Shown: positions 18,401 to 27,219, counted from the first letter of the stretch. The stretch: 64,000 nt of DNA from Candidatus Woesearchaeota archaeon UBA525 (GCA_002498125.1 DAGG01000029.1:898-64897); one strand, 5' to 3'. The notes: a model not told the origin generated them from the sequence alone. A program made the numbers and translations.

Positions 18401-19267
18401 ATGTTCATTACTAGCAAAAATATAGGCAGAGTGTTGCATATGCTTGACAAGAAGACCCGTGATGCCATCCTTGACTTCATCCGCATCAAGCCTCGGACAG
18501 TCCAGGAAGTAGCGCAGCATATCGACAGGAACTGGCGGACGGCAGAACGCTACGTGGACACCATCTCTACAGAGACGGGATTCATCGCCACGCGCACGTT
18601 CCGCGAGGGAACGCGCGGAGCATTGAAGATCGCGTACTGGAGCGCAATCAGCGGAAACACGGGGAGCGCTTACCAAGAACGGCTGCTCCAGCACATCCAA
18701 CAGGCGAAGCGGAAAGAGGAGTTCTCGCCTTTCGACATCTACCAGCTCGTGCCTGAGGCTGAGCGCGCAGCGCACGTGGAACGCAGCGAGTTCTCGACGC
18801 ATCCAGATATCATGTTCGACTCGCTCCTACTCAAGGCGCACCGCCAGGTGCTCTTCTTCTCAGGCAACCTCTCATGGATGGAGCTCGGACCGAACATGGA
18901 AGGAGTGCTTGATCAGCTCGCCAAGCGCGGGGTCACGATGAAGGTGCTCACACGGGTCGACATCACCTCGGAGGCGAACACCACGGCCTTCCTGGCGCTC
19001 AACGAGCGCTTCGGCCGCGATGTCGTCCAGATACGGCACTGCGAACAGCCGCTGCGTGCCATGATTATCGACGACAGCTTCGCGAGCATCAAGGAGGTCC
19101 TCTCGCCGGCAACATTCCGCGAGCTCAAGGAGAAGCAGTTCATATTCTACATCATCAGGAACGCCGAATGGATAGCGTGGCTGCAGAAGGTCTTCTGGCA
19201 CCTCTGGCAGCAGAGCATTGATGCACAGGCAAGGCTGGACGCGCTGCAGACCCTGAAGAAATCCTAA
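18401..19267 (+). CDS. wHTH transcriptional regulator (TrmB-like) with C-terminal effector domain
   Basis: N-terminal winged helix (DAILDFIRIKPRTVQEVAQHI). The start is possibly at the internal Met at 18440, with the TATA-like box listed above. Confidence 0.5.
   Translation: MFITSKNIGRVLHMLDKKTRDAILDFIRIKPRTVQEVAQHIDRNWRTAERYVDTISTETGFIATRTFREGTRGALKIAYWSAISGNTGSAYQERLLQHIQQAKRKEEFSPFDIYQLVPEAERAAHVERSEFSTHPDIMFDSLLLKAHRQVLFFSGNLSWMELGPNMEGVLDQLAKRGVTMKVLTRVDITSEANTTAFLALNERFGRDVVQIRHCEQPLRAMIIDDSFASIKEVLSPATFRELKEKQFIFYIIRNAEWIAWLQKVFWHLWQQSIDAQARLDALQTLKKS
18417..18424 (+). promoter_or_regulatory. TATA-like element (aaaatata) for the TrmB-like regulator gene
   Basis: A/T-rich box about 23-26 nt upstream of the internal ATG (MLDKK) at about 18440. 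Divergent promoter region, coordinates approximate. Confidence 0.35.
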
Positions 19268-19279
19268 GGGAAGAAAGAA

Positions 19280-19795
19280 TCACCGCTTCTTCGCGACACC
19301 GCGACGCTGGAGGATCTCGACATAGGTCGCGTAGTCCTCGGATTCGCGGAACTCATCCTTGACACGCGTAGGCAGACGCTCAAGCCAGCGGACCTGTATC
19401 TCTGCGAGCTTTCGGAAGTCTCGTGTCACAGTTTCATCAGGAGCTGCCGCTTGGATCTCCTGAATCCCGGTGTAGGCGTCCTCGAGCTGGTGCTCGCGCT
19501 TGAACAGTTTCAAGAACTGCTGGTACATCGTCACGCGCTGCTCCTGCTCCTCTTCGAGCTTTGGTTCCTCTGCCGGCGTAGCGCGCTCGAGCCTCGCCTC
19601 GCCTTTCTTGATCTCTGTCTCCATAGCTTTCAGTTCCGCCTCCTCCTGAGGAGCGAGGTCATGATCGGGAATCCTCGGCGAGAAGAGCTTGCCGAACCAG
19701 GAAGGCTCGTGTTCGCGCGAGTTCCGCACGAAGTCGAACGCTTTCCCACGGTTGCGATTGCGCAAGTACCTATCCATGTCACTGTGGAAGCTCAT
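19280..19795 (-). CDS. Hypothetical charged/coiled-coil protein
   Basis: 171-aa E/K/R-rich ORF. No recognisable motif. Confidence 0.4.
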   Translation of the reverse strand: MSFHSDMDRYLRNRNRGKAFDFVRNSREHEPSWFGKLFSPRIPDHDLAPQEEAELKAMETEIKKGEARLERATPAEEPKLEEEQEQRVTMYQQFLKLFKREHQLEDAYTGIQEIQAAAPDETVTRDFRKLAEIQVRWLERLPTRVKDEFRESEDYATYVEILQRRGVAKKR

Positions 19796-19917
19796 CTGAC
19801 ACCACCGGCTAAGAGAGAACCTGCAGAATGGCGTTTATAAAAGTTGCGTTCTACCGTCGGAGAGGCCTATATCATCCAATAGCATAGGAGAGAAACCGGA
19901 CACGAGATAAAAAAATG

Positions 19918-20037
19918 GGTCTGCTGGGATTTGAACCCAGATCGACCGCTATCACCTACTGTAAGGTCATCGCCTTGCGGCTCATCCCTCCAGCAACTGG
20001 AGGCGGTAATACTAGCCTGGTTGTAATACAGACCCAG
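19918..20037 (-). tRNA. tRNA-Trp (anticodon CCA) with a 46-nt intron after position 37
   Basis: Acceptor GGGTCTG/CAGACCC with discriminator A. T-arm CTGGGTTCAAATCCCAG. Anticodon stem ACCGC/GCGGT with loop CTCCAG|intron|A. The intron's 5' part, CTGGAG, pairs with the anticodon loop. An oligo-T run follows the 3' end. Confidence 0.75.
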
Positions 20038-20238
20038 ATGCCAGGCCATTAGGTCGATAGATGCGAGGACACCACGGGCATTTATAAAAGTATCCTCAGA
20101 GGAGTTACATTGAAAGTCTCGCTCCGCGCCGCTAGGGAGCGAACATGCTTTCGCAGGGCATTCGTCGAGCCCCGCTCCGCGTCGGTGCTCTCCTGAGTCT
20201 ACTCCAAGCTAGCGGTACAGACTTCTTTAACACAGTCC

Positions 20239-21618
20239 TCAGAGGAGACCTTTGCCTATGAGGTAATCATTCACCCCGCGCACAGCAAGGCGCAAGTCAT
20301 TCTCCGCGTGGCGTGTTTCGTGCAGCAGTACTGCCTCCTCCAGTGCACCAGCACGTCGCCCGTCACCTATTGTCACTGCATAATCTTGCAACGCCTTGAG
20401 CGTCAGGCGGTACGTGACCAGTTCTTTTTTCTCGCTCATCAAACCCCGCGTCCACTCATCCATCGCTGCGCGCTGGTACGGCCACGGCGACTCGCCTTTG
20501 CGCTCAGCGATCTTCGCTTGCTCCCACAGCGCCTTGCCACGTGCGTAATGGACTTGGATAGAGTACTTGCTGCTAGGATACTGCTCAATGAACGATTGGC
20601 TGCTCTTCAGGAACTGTGACGTACCTTCATACTTCATATTCCGGTACTGCTTCACCAAACCGATTCCTTCGGTGAACTCCTTGGGCAACAGCCCTTCGCG
20701 CTCGGCGAGCTTGACCTGACGAGTCACCTCCTCACTTGGGCAGTCAATCAACCAGTCCACATACAAGCCGCCATACGGGTTTGAGATATCGGGGAGCTGC
20801 CTGAGCGCGAGCTCTCCCCATGTAGTCATCTCAGCCACGTCCTCGTACCAGTTGAGGCTCGCGTGGCTGCCCGGGAACCCTGCGCGTTGGAGTTTCTCGA
20901 GTACCTCAGGGGTTTGTGGCGCCCGCACTATCGTGGAGTATAACGCGAGCTGAATACCTAGTGGCTGATAGAACGCACTCTTGTCAGCACCTGCGGCCAT
21001 CCATTCATCGCGGAAGCCAGGATTGTGGGCAGTAACGCGTGAAGTCGCTGCGTGCTTCAGTTCATGCAGGAGAGCGTCTTGAGGATACTCGCCACCTATC
21101 TCGAGTCTATTCACCTCCAGACTACCGACTCTTGAGACATACCCTCCATAACTCGCACGGTCTCTTGAAGCGAAGACGTGAGGCGCCGGTTCTGAGATAG
21201 AAGATTCTGAAGGAGCATCTGACATTTCGGCCTGGACTTCGGTTTCGACTTGAGTGCTGCTCTCGGCGCGACTCTCCACATACTCTCGCATGCTCCGTAT
21301 GAGCTGCGCAAGACTCGCATACTGACGATGCACTGGTTTACGCACATAGTGCGGAGACACCACGTGCACCGCACTCACCGGCACATCCTCATAGTGAAGG
21401 TTCGCCGCGATATCAGCCGCCAAGCCAGGAACCTTCTCCAAGTCATCAGGGTGTCCTCGAAGCGGGAAACCAAACTCCTGCTTGAACTCCTGACGGAGCT
21501 GTGACTGCCGTTGCGCAGCAAAATCATACGCATCCCGCCCTACCCATGTACCAGCGTGAAACGCTGCGACGACAAGTGCCGTCGCGCCGATGCGCCGCAA
21601 TCCTGACCTCGCACCCAC
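20239..21618 (-). CDS. Secreted HExxH (zincin-like) putative metallopeptidase, Tat-type signal
   Basis: GTG start. N-terminus GARSGLRRIGATALVVAAF (twin-arginine-like signal). LLHELKHAA contains HExxH. TATA tatataaaa lies 23-31 nt upstream. Confidence 0.5.
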   Translation of the reverse strand: MGARSGLRRIGATALVVAAFHAGTWVGRDAYDFAAQRQSQLRQEFKQEFGFPLRGHPDDLEKVPGLAADIAANLHYEDVPVSAVHVVSPHYVRKPVHRQYASLAQLIRSMREYVESRAESSTQVETEVQAEMSDAPSESSISEPAPHVFASRDRASYGGYVSRVGSLEVNRLEIGGEYPQDALLHELKHAATSRVTAHNPGFRDEWMAAGADKSAFYQPLGIQLALYSTIVRAPQTPEVLEKLQRAGFPGSHASLNWYEDVAEMTTWGELALRQLPDISNPYGGLYVDWLIDCPSEEVTRQVKLAEREGLLPKEFTEGIGLVKQYRNMKYEGTSQFLKSSQSFIEQYPSSKYSIQVHYARGKALWEQAKIAERKGESPWPYQRAAMDEWTRGLMSEKKELVTYRLTLKALQDYAVTIGDGRRAGALEEAVLLHETRHAENDLRLAVRGVNDYLIGKGLL

Positions 21619-21640
21619 ATCATGATATGTGTGCTATCCG

Positions 21641-21649
21641 TATATAAAA
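21641..21649 (-). promoter_or_regulatory. TATA box (tatataaaa) for the 20239..21618 gene
   Basis: Perfect TATA-like element about 26 nt upstream of the GTG start. Confidence 0.45.
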
Positions 21650-21715
21650 CCGGCTTCCTCGCATCAGGAAGAACTTGACGGAGAATTCTTATACTCTGTC
21701 AACGAGTCATAGCCT

Positions 21716-21970
21716 ATGGATGAGCATAAGCTGGAAGGTAAGGCGTTCATCGTCAAGAACGGCGCCAAACTACACAGCTTAAAGGATCTCTACGGCCATC
21801 TGGCAGTGATTGCAGACGCCGATTTCTCGCATCACGTCAACGAGCTGAAGAACGATTTCGCGGAATGGATAGAACACGCGCATAACGACAAGTTCCTCGC
21901 TCAAGCAGTTCGCCGGGCGAAGACAAAGGAAGAGATACGCAAAGCAGTCTTTATCGCGATGTTCAGGTAG
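21716..21970 (+). CDS. Small hypothetical protein (84 aa)
   Basis: ORF with a TATA-like ttcttatactc about 25 nt upstream of the ATG. Confidence 0.35.
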   Translation: MDEHKLEGKAFIVKNGAKLHSLKDLYGHLAVIADADFSHHVNELKNDFAEWIEHAHNDKFLAQAVRRAKTKEEIRKAVFIAMFR

Positions 21971-22333
21971 CTACGTCGCCTTGGCGATGGCATAGACTTC
22001 GCCGGTATCGGGCCTGAGATATGCTAAGACTCTCGTGTTAAGGATACTGCCGTGACCGCCCATCTCCCTGACAAACTCATCGATTGCCTGCGAATTCCGG
22101 AACGTGAACCCCTTACGTTTCTTAGTCTCGTGGTCTTCGATGTCAAACCTGAGATCGAGGTAATCCTTCATCATCATAGTCTCGCGGATGACGGCGGTGC
22201 GTGCCTCGAGTTTCTTCTCCGAATACAAGGTCACTGGATTTTGATTCCCGTCGTCTTCGTGCGTATTAACGAAGTAGACATTGCTGCAGAGCGCTGGATC
22301 GAAGCCGTAGATAAACGGCATTGGAGGATTCAT
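21971..22333 (-). CDS. Hypothetical protein, last gene of the surface operon
   Basis: Its ATG overlaps the TGA of the upstream 946-aa gene (ATGA). The start is at MNPPMPFIYG. Confidence 0.4.
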   Translation of the reverse strand: MNPPMPFIYGFDPALCSNVYFVNTHEDDGNQNPVTLYSEKKLEARTAVIRETMMMKDYLDLRFDIEDHETKKRKGFTFRNSQAIDEFVREMGGHGSILNTRVLAYLRPDTGEVYAIAKAT

Positions 22334-25170
22334 ATCCCCCCTTCGAACGGCCTGCACATCTTGCATGGCACAAGACCTGCATTCACTGCCTCACGCTTGC
22401 TTGAGTAAGCGATACGCTTATGGCGCGGGATACGGCGGGCGACCATGCAGTATGGAGTGTGCACTGTGTTACCGTCCTTGCCACCGAGGTAGATGACCTC
22501 GTTCGGCTTCATGCCCGGCACAGAGAGCACATGCGGTGCAGGTGGCTGCGCTCCAACGGCGATGTTCACCGTCTGTCCACCGCCACGGAAGTCACGTATG
22601 ACTGTGCCGCGGTCAGTGCTATGGTCAGGGCCACGGATGGTCTCGACCTGGCGTCCACGTACAGGGACTATCGCGCGCGAGCGGTTCGACGTGCGAACAA
22701 CGTTGCGCTCAGGAGCACGGGCGACTATCCTGCCGATACGAGATTTACGCGCAGTAGTCTTACGCGGGGTCTTAGTAGTTTTAGTAGCAGTCTTAGTCGT
22801 AGTCTTGGCCTTGCGCACTGCCTTACGCGTCTTGCGTGTAGCGGGCACAATGACAAGAGTATTGTCAGCGAACGGCTTCTGTCTGTACTCCTTCACTGTG
22901 AGCACGATGAGGAACATCACGAGCAAGAGCAGGATAAGCTCGAAGACCACGATGTAGGAACACCATGCCTCGAGGCACTGACCGAAGGTCCAGACCTTGA
23001 CAGGGATGACCCGCACGATGAACACCGGCGAATCGGTGATACCGCCCTTGGCGTCGCTCGCTGTCACAACCATCGTGTTCTCGCCCGCGAAGTTGCGGTC
23101 AGGAACGAGCGTGAGCATGGAACCCTCAAGCTGCGCGCGCACGTCGCTTGGCTGTGTGATCGCATAGCTGAGAATGTCCTGGTCAGGATCCTCGAAATAC
23201 TGCTCGAGGTCGATGGTGCGTTCGGTGTTCTGGTACAGCTCTATTACCGTCGACACAGTCGTGTCCGCGACGCGCTCATAGCGCATCTCTGCGCTAGGCG
23301 GCCGCAGGAGCAGCATCGAAAGCATGAGCAGGACTGCGCCTGCAATGAGCGCAAACTTGATGAGTGCGAGCGTCTTAGGCGCCACTCCCTGCGCGAGGAA
23401 GGGATATCCTGCGTAGATTGCGATGAGCAATACTACTGCTGCGATGAGCAGTAGCGCGAGCAGGAGGACAAGCCATGCGCAGAACGTGAAGCTCGCGAGG
23501 AACGCGCCGAGCCACTCCAGGAAGCGGATGAGGAAATTGTCATCCTGGAGCTCGATGCCGACTGATTCCACGTAAGGTATGCTCTGCGTGGTGAATGTCG
23601 GCAGGACGATGTATCGTCCCCGCTCCTGCGTCGTCAGGTTCTCGAGCGGGATGATATGGATTGCGCGCTGATCTCCAGGCTGGAGCGTGATTTCCTGCTC
23701 CTGCACTGTGAAGAGCGTGCTCTCTGTCTCGATGGTGTAGACGCCGCCTTCGCTACCGGTGTGCTTCACGATGACCGGGATGACGGTCGCGTCATCCTTG
23801 ATCGATATCTCATCATCGTCGATTTGCACCATGTGGCAAGTGCGCTGCGTCTGGCTGTTGAATGTGACTGGCGCGCTCGCATTCACTTGCGGCTGGCCGG
23901 CAGGCCATACGCGCACGACCGCAGTGTGCTCCGCGTCTGTGCATGGCAGCGTCACGCGTAGTGGTACGTTGATGTTCTGCCGCGGCTCTACGCGGATTGA
24001 TGTCTCGTCGAGGGTGAAGATGCTCGGTCCCTCGACCTGGAGCTGGAAGACCTGACTGCGGTCGCCATCGTTGCGGACGTTGACGTAGAGGGTCTTGGCG
24101 CCGCAGCATGCGGTGAGTGGAGTAGTCAGTGTGACCTCAGGCTCGCTGCGGATCTCGAGCGCTGGAGCATAGCAGTTGGCCACATTGAGCGTGACATCAC
24201 GCTGCTTGCTCACGCCGCCGTAGCGGTCGTTCGATGAGATCGTCATCTCGTACTCTCCGACTGCAGGGTTGTACACAGCAAGCGTGGCGTTGCGCTCCTC
24301 TCCCGAGGCAAGCTCGAGGGAGTTGTCGAACGTAACGAAGTGCGGCGCATCGAGGTCCATGTAGACCACGTCTGACGCCGGAGCGTCATTGCGCACTGGG
24401 ACCGCTATGCGGGTATCAGTCCGAGCGCATACATCGATGCTCGTCGGGAGGTCTATGCTGTAGCCGTACTCGTTGGTGATCGTGATATCGCGCCAGACAG
24501 TGGTCCCATCGCCGCTCTTGCCTGCGAGGATGAAGGGTACTGTACGCGTGCCGTGCTCTGTGCAAGCGAAGCTGTAGATGACCTCCTGAGTGAACGACTC
24601 TCCCGGCAGGAGGCGGAACTCTGTGTCCTCAGCTTCGGGCTCGTACTGGCCGAACGAGAGGAGATAGTCCTCAGGGAATGTGCCGATGTTGCGAGCAGTG
24701 ACCTCGAAAGTGGCCGGGTCGCACAGACCGACGGTCTGTTTTGTCGGCGCAACGTCGAGCGCCGCAGTCTGGCATGCGTCGACGCGTATCGAGCGCTCGA
24801 TGCTTCTTGTGCGGCCGTAGCTGTTCGTGACAACTACATCATATGGGTGCGTTCCGCGGACGCTGCAGCTGTCCTCGACGTAGATGAGGACCTCTTCGAA
24901 GTGCTTGGGCGCAAGCTGGAAGTCCGGTCTCACGACCTTGATCCCACCAGGGTATGTGCTACGCACCTGGACGTGGAAGTCAGCGTAGAACTGGCCGACG
25001 TTCTCGACGATGATACGGTCGACCTTGGTCTCGCACGCGCAGAGCTTGAGCTGCTCGTTGTTAGGCGAAGCGGCGGTGAAGTCATTCGTGTACTTGTTCA
25101 CGATGAGCTCTGCGCTCACGCCTGTGCTGAGTATGAGGAACGCGATTATGAGTGTGAGTGCGCGGTTCAT
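22330..25170 (-). CDS. Large surface protein: signal peptide, CARDB-like repeats, TM region, juxtamembrane Ig-like domain, K/T-rich tail and C-terminal Ada-type Zn-binding domain
   Basis: Signal MNRALTLIIAFLILSTGVSA. Repeated beta-rich modules (e.g. VNVRNDGDRSQVFQLQVEG). Hydrophobic block around aa 545-615 and a second TM near aa 720. KTTKT-rich basic segment. C-terminal HTPYCMVARRIPRHKRIAYSSKREAVNAGLVPCKMCRP matches the Ada_Zn_binding consensus. Confidence 0.7.
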   Translation of the reverse strand: MNRALTLIIAFLILSTGVSAELIVNKYTNDFTAASPNNEQLKLCACETKVDRIIVENVGQFYADFHVQVRSTYPGGIKVVRPDFQLAPKHFEEVLIYVEDSCSVRGTHPYDVVVTNSYGRTRSIERSIRVDACQTAALDVAPTKQTVGLCDPATFEVTARNIGTFPEDYLLSFGQYEPEAEDTEFRLLPGESFTQEVIYSFACTEHGTRTVPFILAGKSGDGTTVWRDITITNEYGYSIDLPTSIDVCARTDTRIAVPVRNDAPASDVVYMDLDAPHFVTFDNSLELASGEERNATLAVYNPAVGEYEMTISSNDRYGGVSKQRDVTLNVANCYAPALEIRSEPEVTLTTPLTACCGAKTLYVNVRNDGDRSQVFQLQVEGPSIFTLDETSIRVEPRQNINVPLRVTLPCTDAEHTAVVRVWPAGQPQVNASAPVTFNSQTQRTCHMVQIDDDEISIKDDATVIPVIVKHTGSEGGVYTIETESTLFTVQEQEITLQPGDQRAIHIIPLENLTTQERGRYIVLPTFTTQSIPYVESVGIELQDDNFLIRFLEWLGAFLASFTFCAWLVLLLALLLIAAVVLLIAIYAGYPFLAQGVAPKTLALIKFALIAGAVLLMLSMLLLRPPSAEMRYERVADTTVSTVIELYQNTERTIDLEQYFEDPDQDILSYAITQPSDVRAQLEGSMLTLVPDRNFAGENTMVVTASDAKGGITDSPVFIVRVIPVKVWTFGQCLEAWCSYIVVFELILLLLVMFLIVLTVKEYRQKPFADNTLVIVPATRKTRKAVRKAKTTTKTATKTTKTPRKTTARKSRIGRIVARAPERNVVRTSNRSRAIVPVRGRQVETIRGPDHSTDRGTVIRDFRGGGQTVNIAVGAQPPAPHVLSVPGMKPNEVIYLGGKDGNTVHTPYCMVARRIPRHKRIAYSSKREAVNAGLVPCKMCRPFEGGI

Positions 25171-25478
25171 TTGTGATACCTCTCCTGTTCTTGTGCTGTA
25201 TACGGAGGCAAGTTCATCCGTCGCTCAAGGTCACTGACTGCACCCGTCAGTTGTTCGAAGTCCCTGGTGGTGCGGTACCCCGCAGCCCCAACGGCCACGA
25301 GAACAACACCTGCTCCAGCGAAAGAGTACTGGTCGATAGGATTCTTGATGGAATAACTCCCGCCAAACATGAGCATCCCGAGGAGCCCGAGTGTAGCATA
25401 CGCCCGCTTGTTTCTCTTCAGCGTGCTTTTGACTACTGCGATTTCCTCTGCTGTCGTCGATTGAGATGTTGAGATCAT
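25167..25478 (-). CDS. Small membrane protein (2 TM)
   Basis: 103 aa with two hydrophobic helices. Its stop overlaps the start of the 946-aa gene (ATGA). Confidence 0.5.
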   Translation of the reverse strand: MISTSQSTTAEEIAVVKSTLKRNKRAYATLGLLGMLMFGGSYSIKNPIDQYSFAGAGVVLVAVGAAGYRTTRDFEQLTGAVSDLERRMNLPPYTAQEQERYHK

Positions 25479-25485
25479 GTGTCAC

Positions 25486-26565
25486 CTAATAATATGTCTC
25501 TACCTTCTTCTCTGCATCCTCGACAGCCACCCTCTTGCGGGGCTTGTGTGGAGTTTCGGAGATGCGGGCGCTATCAGTGGAATCGTGGCGATCGTGCCTG
25601 CCACTCTTGCGAAGCACAATCACTATCGCGATGATGATGAGCGCGAGCAGGATGATGATGAAGATGCCTTGCAGCACCCAGAGGCCTGGGAAAACGGCAG
25701 GCTCTGCGCGCGGCGAGCGCACGTAGACGTCAATCGGAACGACGGTAGTTTGGTCGCCGCTCGTGATAGTGAGCTGGATGGTATAGGGACCGGCGTTGCC
25801 GCCTTCGATGTAGAGGTATACCTCATCGCCGTGGCCTGCCACGAGCGTCATGCGCGGAGCAGGGTCGATGCGCCAGGTGCCTGGAGACTGCACACCCAGG
25901 TCATAAGTCGCGCTGCTGTCGCCGAGATTCATGATAGATATAGGGATTATCGCGTTCTCGCCGTGATCGACATCGATCCTATTGAAGACATTGATGACTG
26001 TCGTGTCGAGCGGGCCGTCAGCTGTACCGCAGGCGTCGCTGCTCTGCACGATGATGCGCTCGCGCTGTGATTCGAGCACGCCGCCGGAGCTTGCGGTGAC
26101 TGAGAGGTCATACGCCTTGGCTCTCGCGCACTTCGGGATGCGCAGCCAGAAGTCAACGACTGCCATCTCGCCCTGAGGAATGTACGCTACGCGCTGCTCT
26201 GCGTCGATTCCCAGTTCTTTGTTCGCCACGCGCACAGTGATTTCACTGATGGGCCCTGGCTGACTATTGATCATACGGACTGTGAGGTGCGCTATCTCGC
26301 CCTGCTTGAGGTTCCCGTCAGGATTGACTATGATCTCCTCAAGGAGGCTGTCACAGGCGTCGCCAATCCGATCGCGGTCCATGTCGCGTTGCTCGCTATT
26401 GGCTATACCTGGGCAGTTGTCGAACTCATCGATGATACCATCGCAGTCGAAATCAGGCGCGGGCCCGAAGTTCGTCATGACCATGCATGCAGCATGGCCT
26501 GGAGCCGCAATAAGGCTTATACTAGCGATGAGAACTGCCAGGAACGTGCCCACGATCCATTTCAT
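25486..26565 (-). CDS. Surface protein with thrombospondin type-3-like Ca-binding repeat, CARDB-like domain and C-terminal TM anchor
   Basis: Signal peptide. DFDCDGIIDEFDNCPGIANSEQRDMDRDRIGDACD (TSP3-like). C-terminal hydrophobic helix plus basic tail. Paralog of 34985..36016. Confidence 0.65.
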   Translation of the reverse strand: MKWIVGTFLAVLIASISLIAAPGHAACMVMTNFGPAPDFDCDGIIDEFDNCPGIANSEQRDMDRDRIGDACDSLLEEIIVNPDGNLKQGEIAHLTVRMINSQPGPISEITVRVANKELGIDAEQRVAYIPQGEMAVVDFWLRIPKCARAKAYDLSVTASSGGVLESQRERIIVQSSDACGTADGPLDTTVINVFNRIDVDHGENAIIPISIMNLGDSSATYDLGVQSPGTWRIDPAPRMTLVAGHGDEVYLYIEGGNAGPYTIQLTITSGDQTTVVPIDVYVRSPRAEPAVFPGLWVLQGIFIIILLALIIIAIVIVLRKSGRHDRHDSTDSARISETPHKPRKRVAVEDAEKKVETYY

Positions 26566-26587
26566 AGACGGGGGGAACGCCGGTTCA

Positions 26588-26596
26588 TTTATAAAG
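26588..26596 (-). promoter_or_regulatory. TATA box (tttataaag) for the surface operon
   Basis: About 23-31 nt upstream of the start at 26565. Confidence 0.4.
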
Positions 26597-26640
26597 ATAA
26601 CGGAAGTTTAACTATTAAGGAGTGGTTACGAATTAACAAC

Positions 26641-26648
26641 TTTAAATA
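26641..26648 (+). promoter_or_regulatory. TATA box (tttaaata) for the 26671 gene
   Basis: About 23-30 nt upstream of the ATG at 26671. Confidence 0.4.
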
Positions 26649-26670
26649 GGATACTTGCACCCTCCCCACG

Positions 26671-27219
26671 ATGCGACCAATAGAATACCTCGAGACCGCA
26701 TGGCTGCTGCTACCCGACTCCCAAAGGCGCATGCAAGATACCGGACTGAATGTAGAGAACGTCACTTTGAGGGATATTGAAAATATTGCTCACGAAGAGC
26801 TGACGGGCAAGAGTTATAGTACAGCACTAAAGGAATTAAGAGCGGAACTGAGAACAGGCCCGCACTACGCTGCCGCGACAGTGAATCACATCTATCTCAA
26901 CCTCGATTCTGCAAACGACTTGAGTATCCCCCTCACCCAGTTCCTACTGCTCCACGAGCTGCACCATATCGGCTTCAACAGGAGGTTGATTGCACGAATC
27001 GAAGCGATAGGCGCCAATGACATCAGACCGTACATCGCAAGAGAGTTTCCCATCTGGACAATTGAAGGGTTCGCAGAGTACGGGGCGAGGCGCATAGTAG
27101 GACACGCCCCAAAACTAACGAATCACTACACTGCTCTGTGCTCAAGAATGCAAGACTTCGCCGCAAGTAGGGGAACGATGGGTCAAATCGCCGATGATAT
27201 CATCGAAATCTATTTCTGA
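26671..27219 (+). CDS. Small cytoplasmic HExxH-motif protein (zincin-like, unknown function)
   Basis: LLLHELHHIGF contains HExxH. No signal peptide. Confidence 0.45.
   Translation: MRPIEYLETAWLLLPDSQRRMQDTGLNVENVTLRDIENIAHEELTGKSYSTALKELRAELRTGPHYAAATVNHIYLNLDSANDLSIPLTQFLLLHELHHIGFNRRLIARIEAIGANDIRPYIAREFPIWTIEGFAEYGARRIVGHAPKLTNHYTALCSRMQDFAASRGTMGQIADDIIEIYF

Noticed and set aside
22420-23454. 344-aa plus-strand ORF (Arg/His/Asp-rich) antisense to the 946-aa surface protein gene
   Set aside because: It is fully contained in a well-supported minus-strand gene with signal peptide, repeats and an Ada-like domain. Its composition is typical of antisense translation of GC-rich coding DNA.
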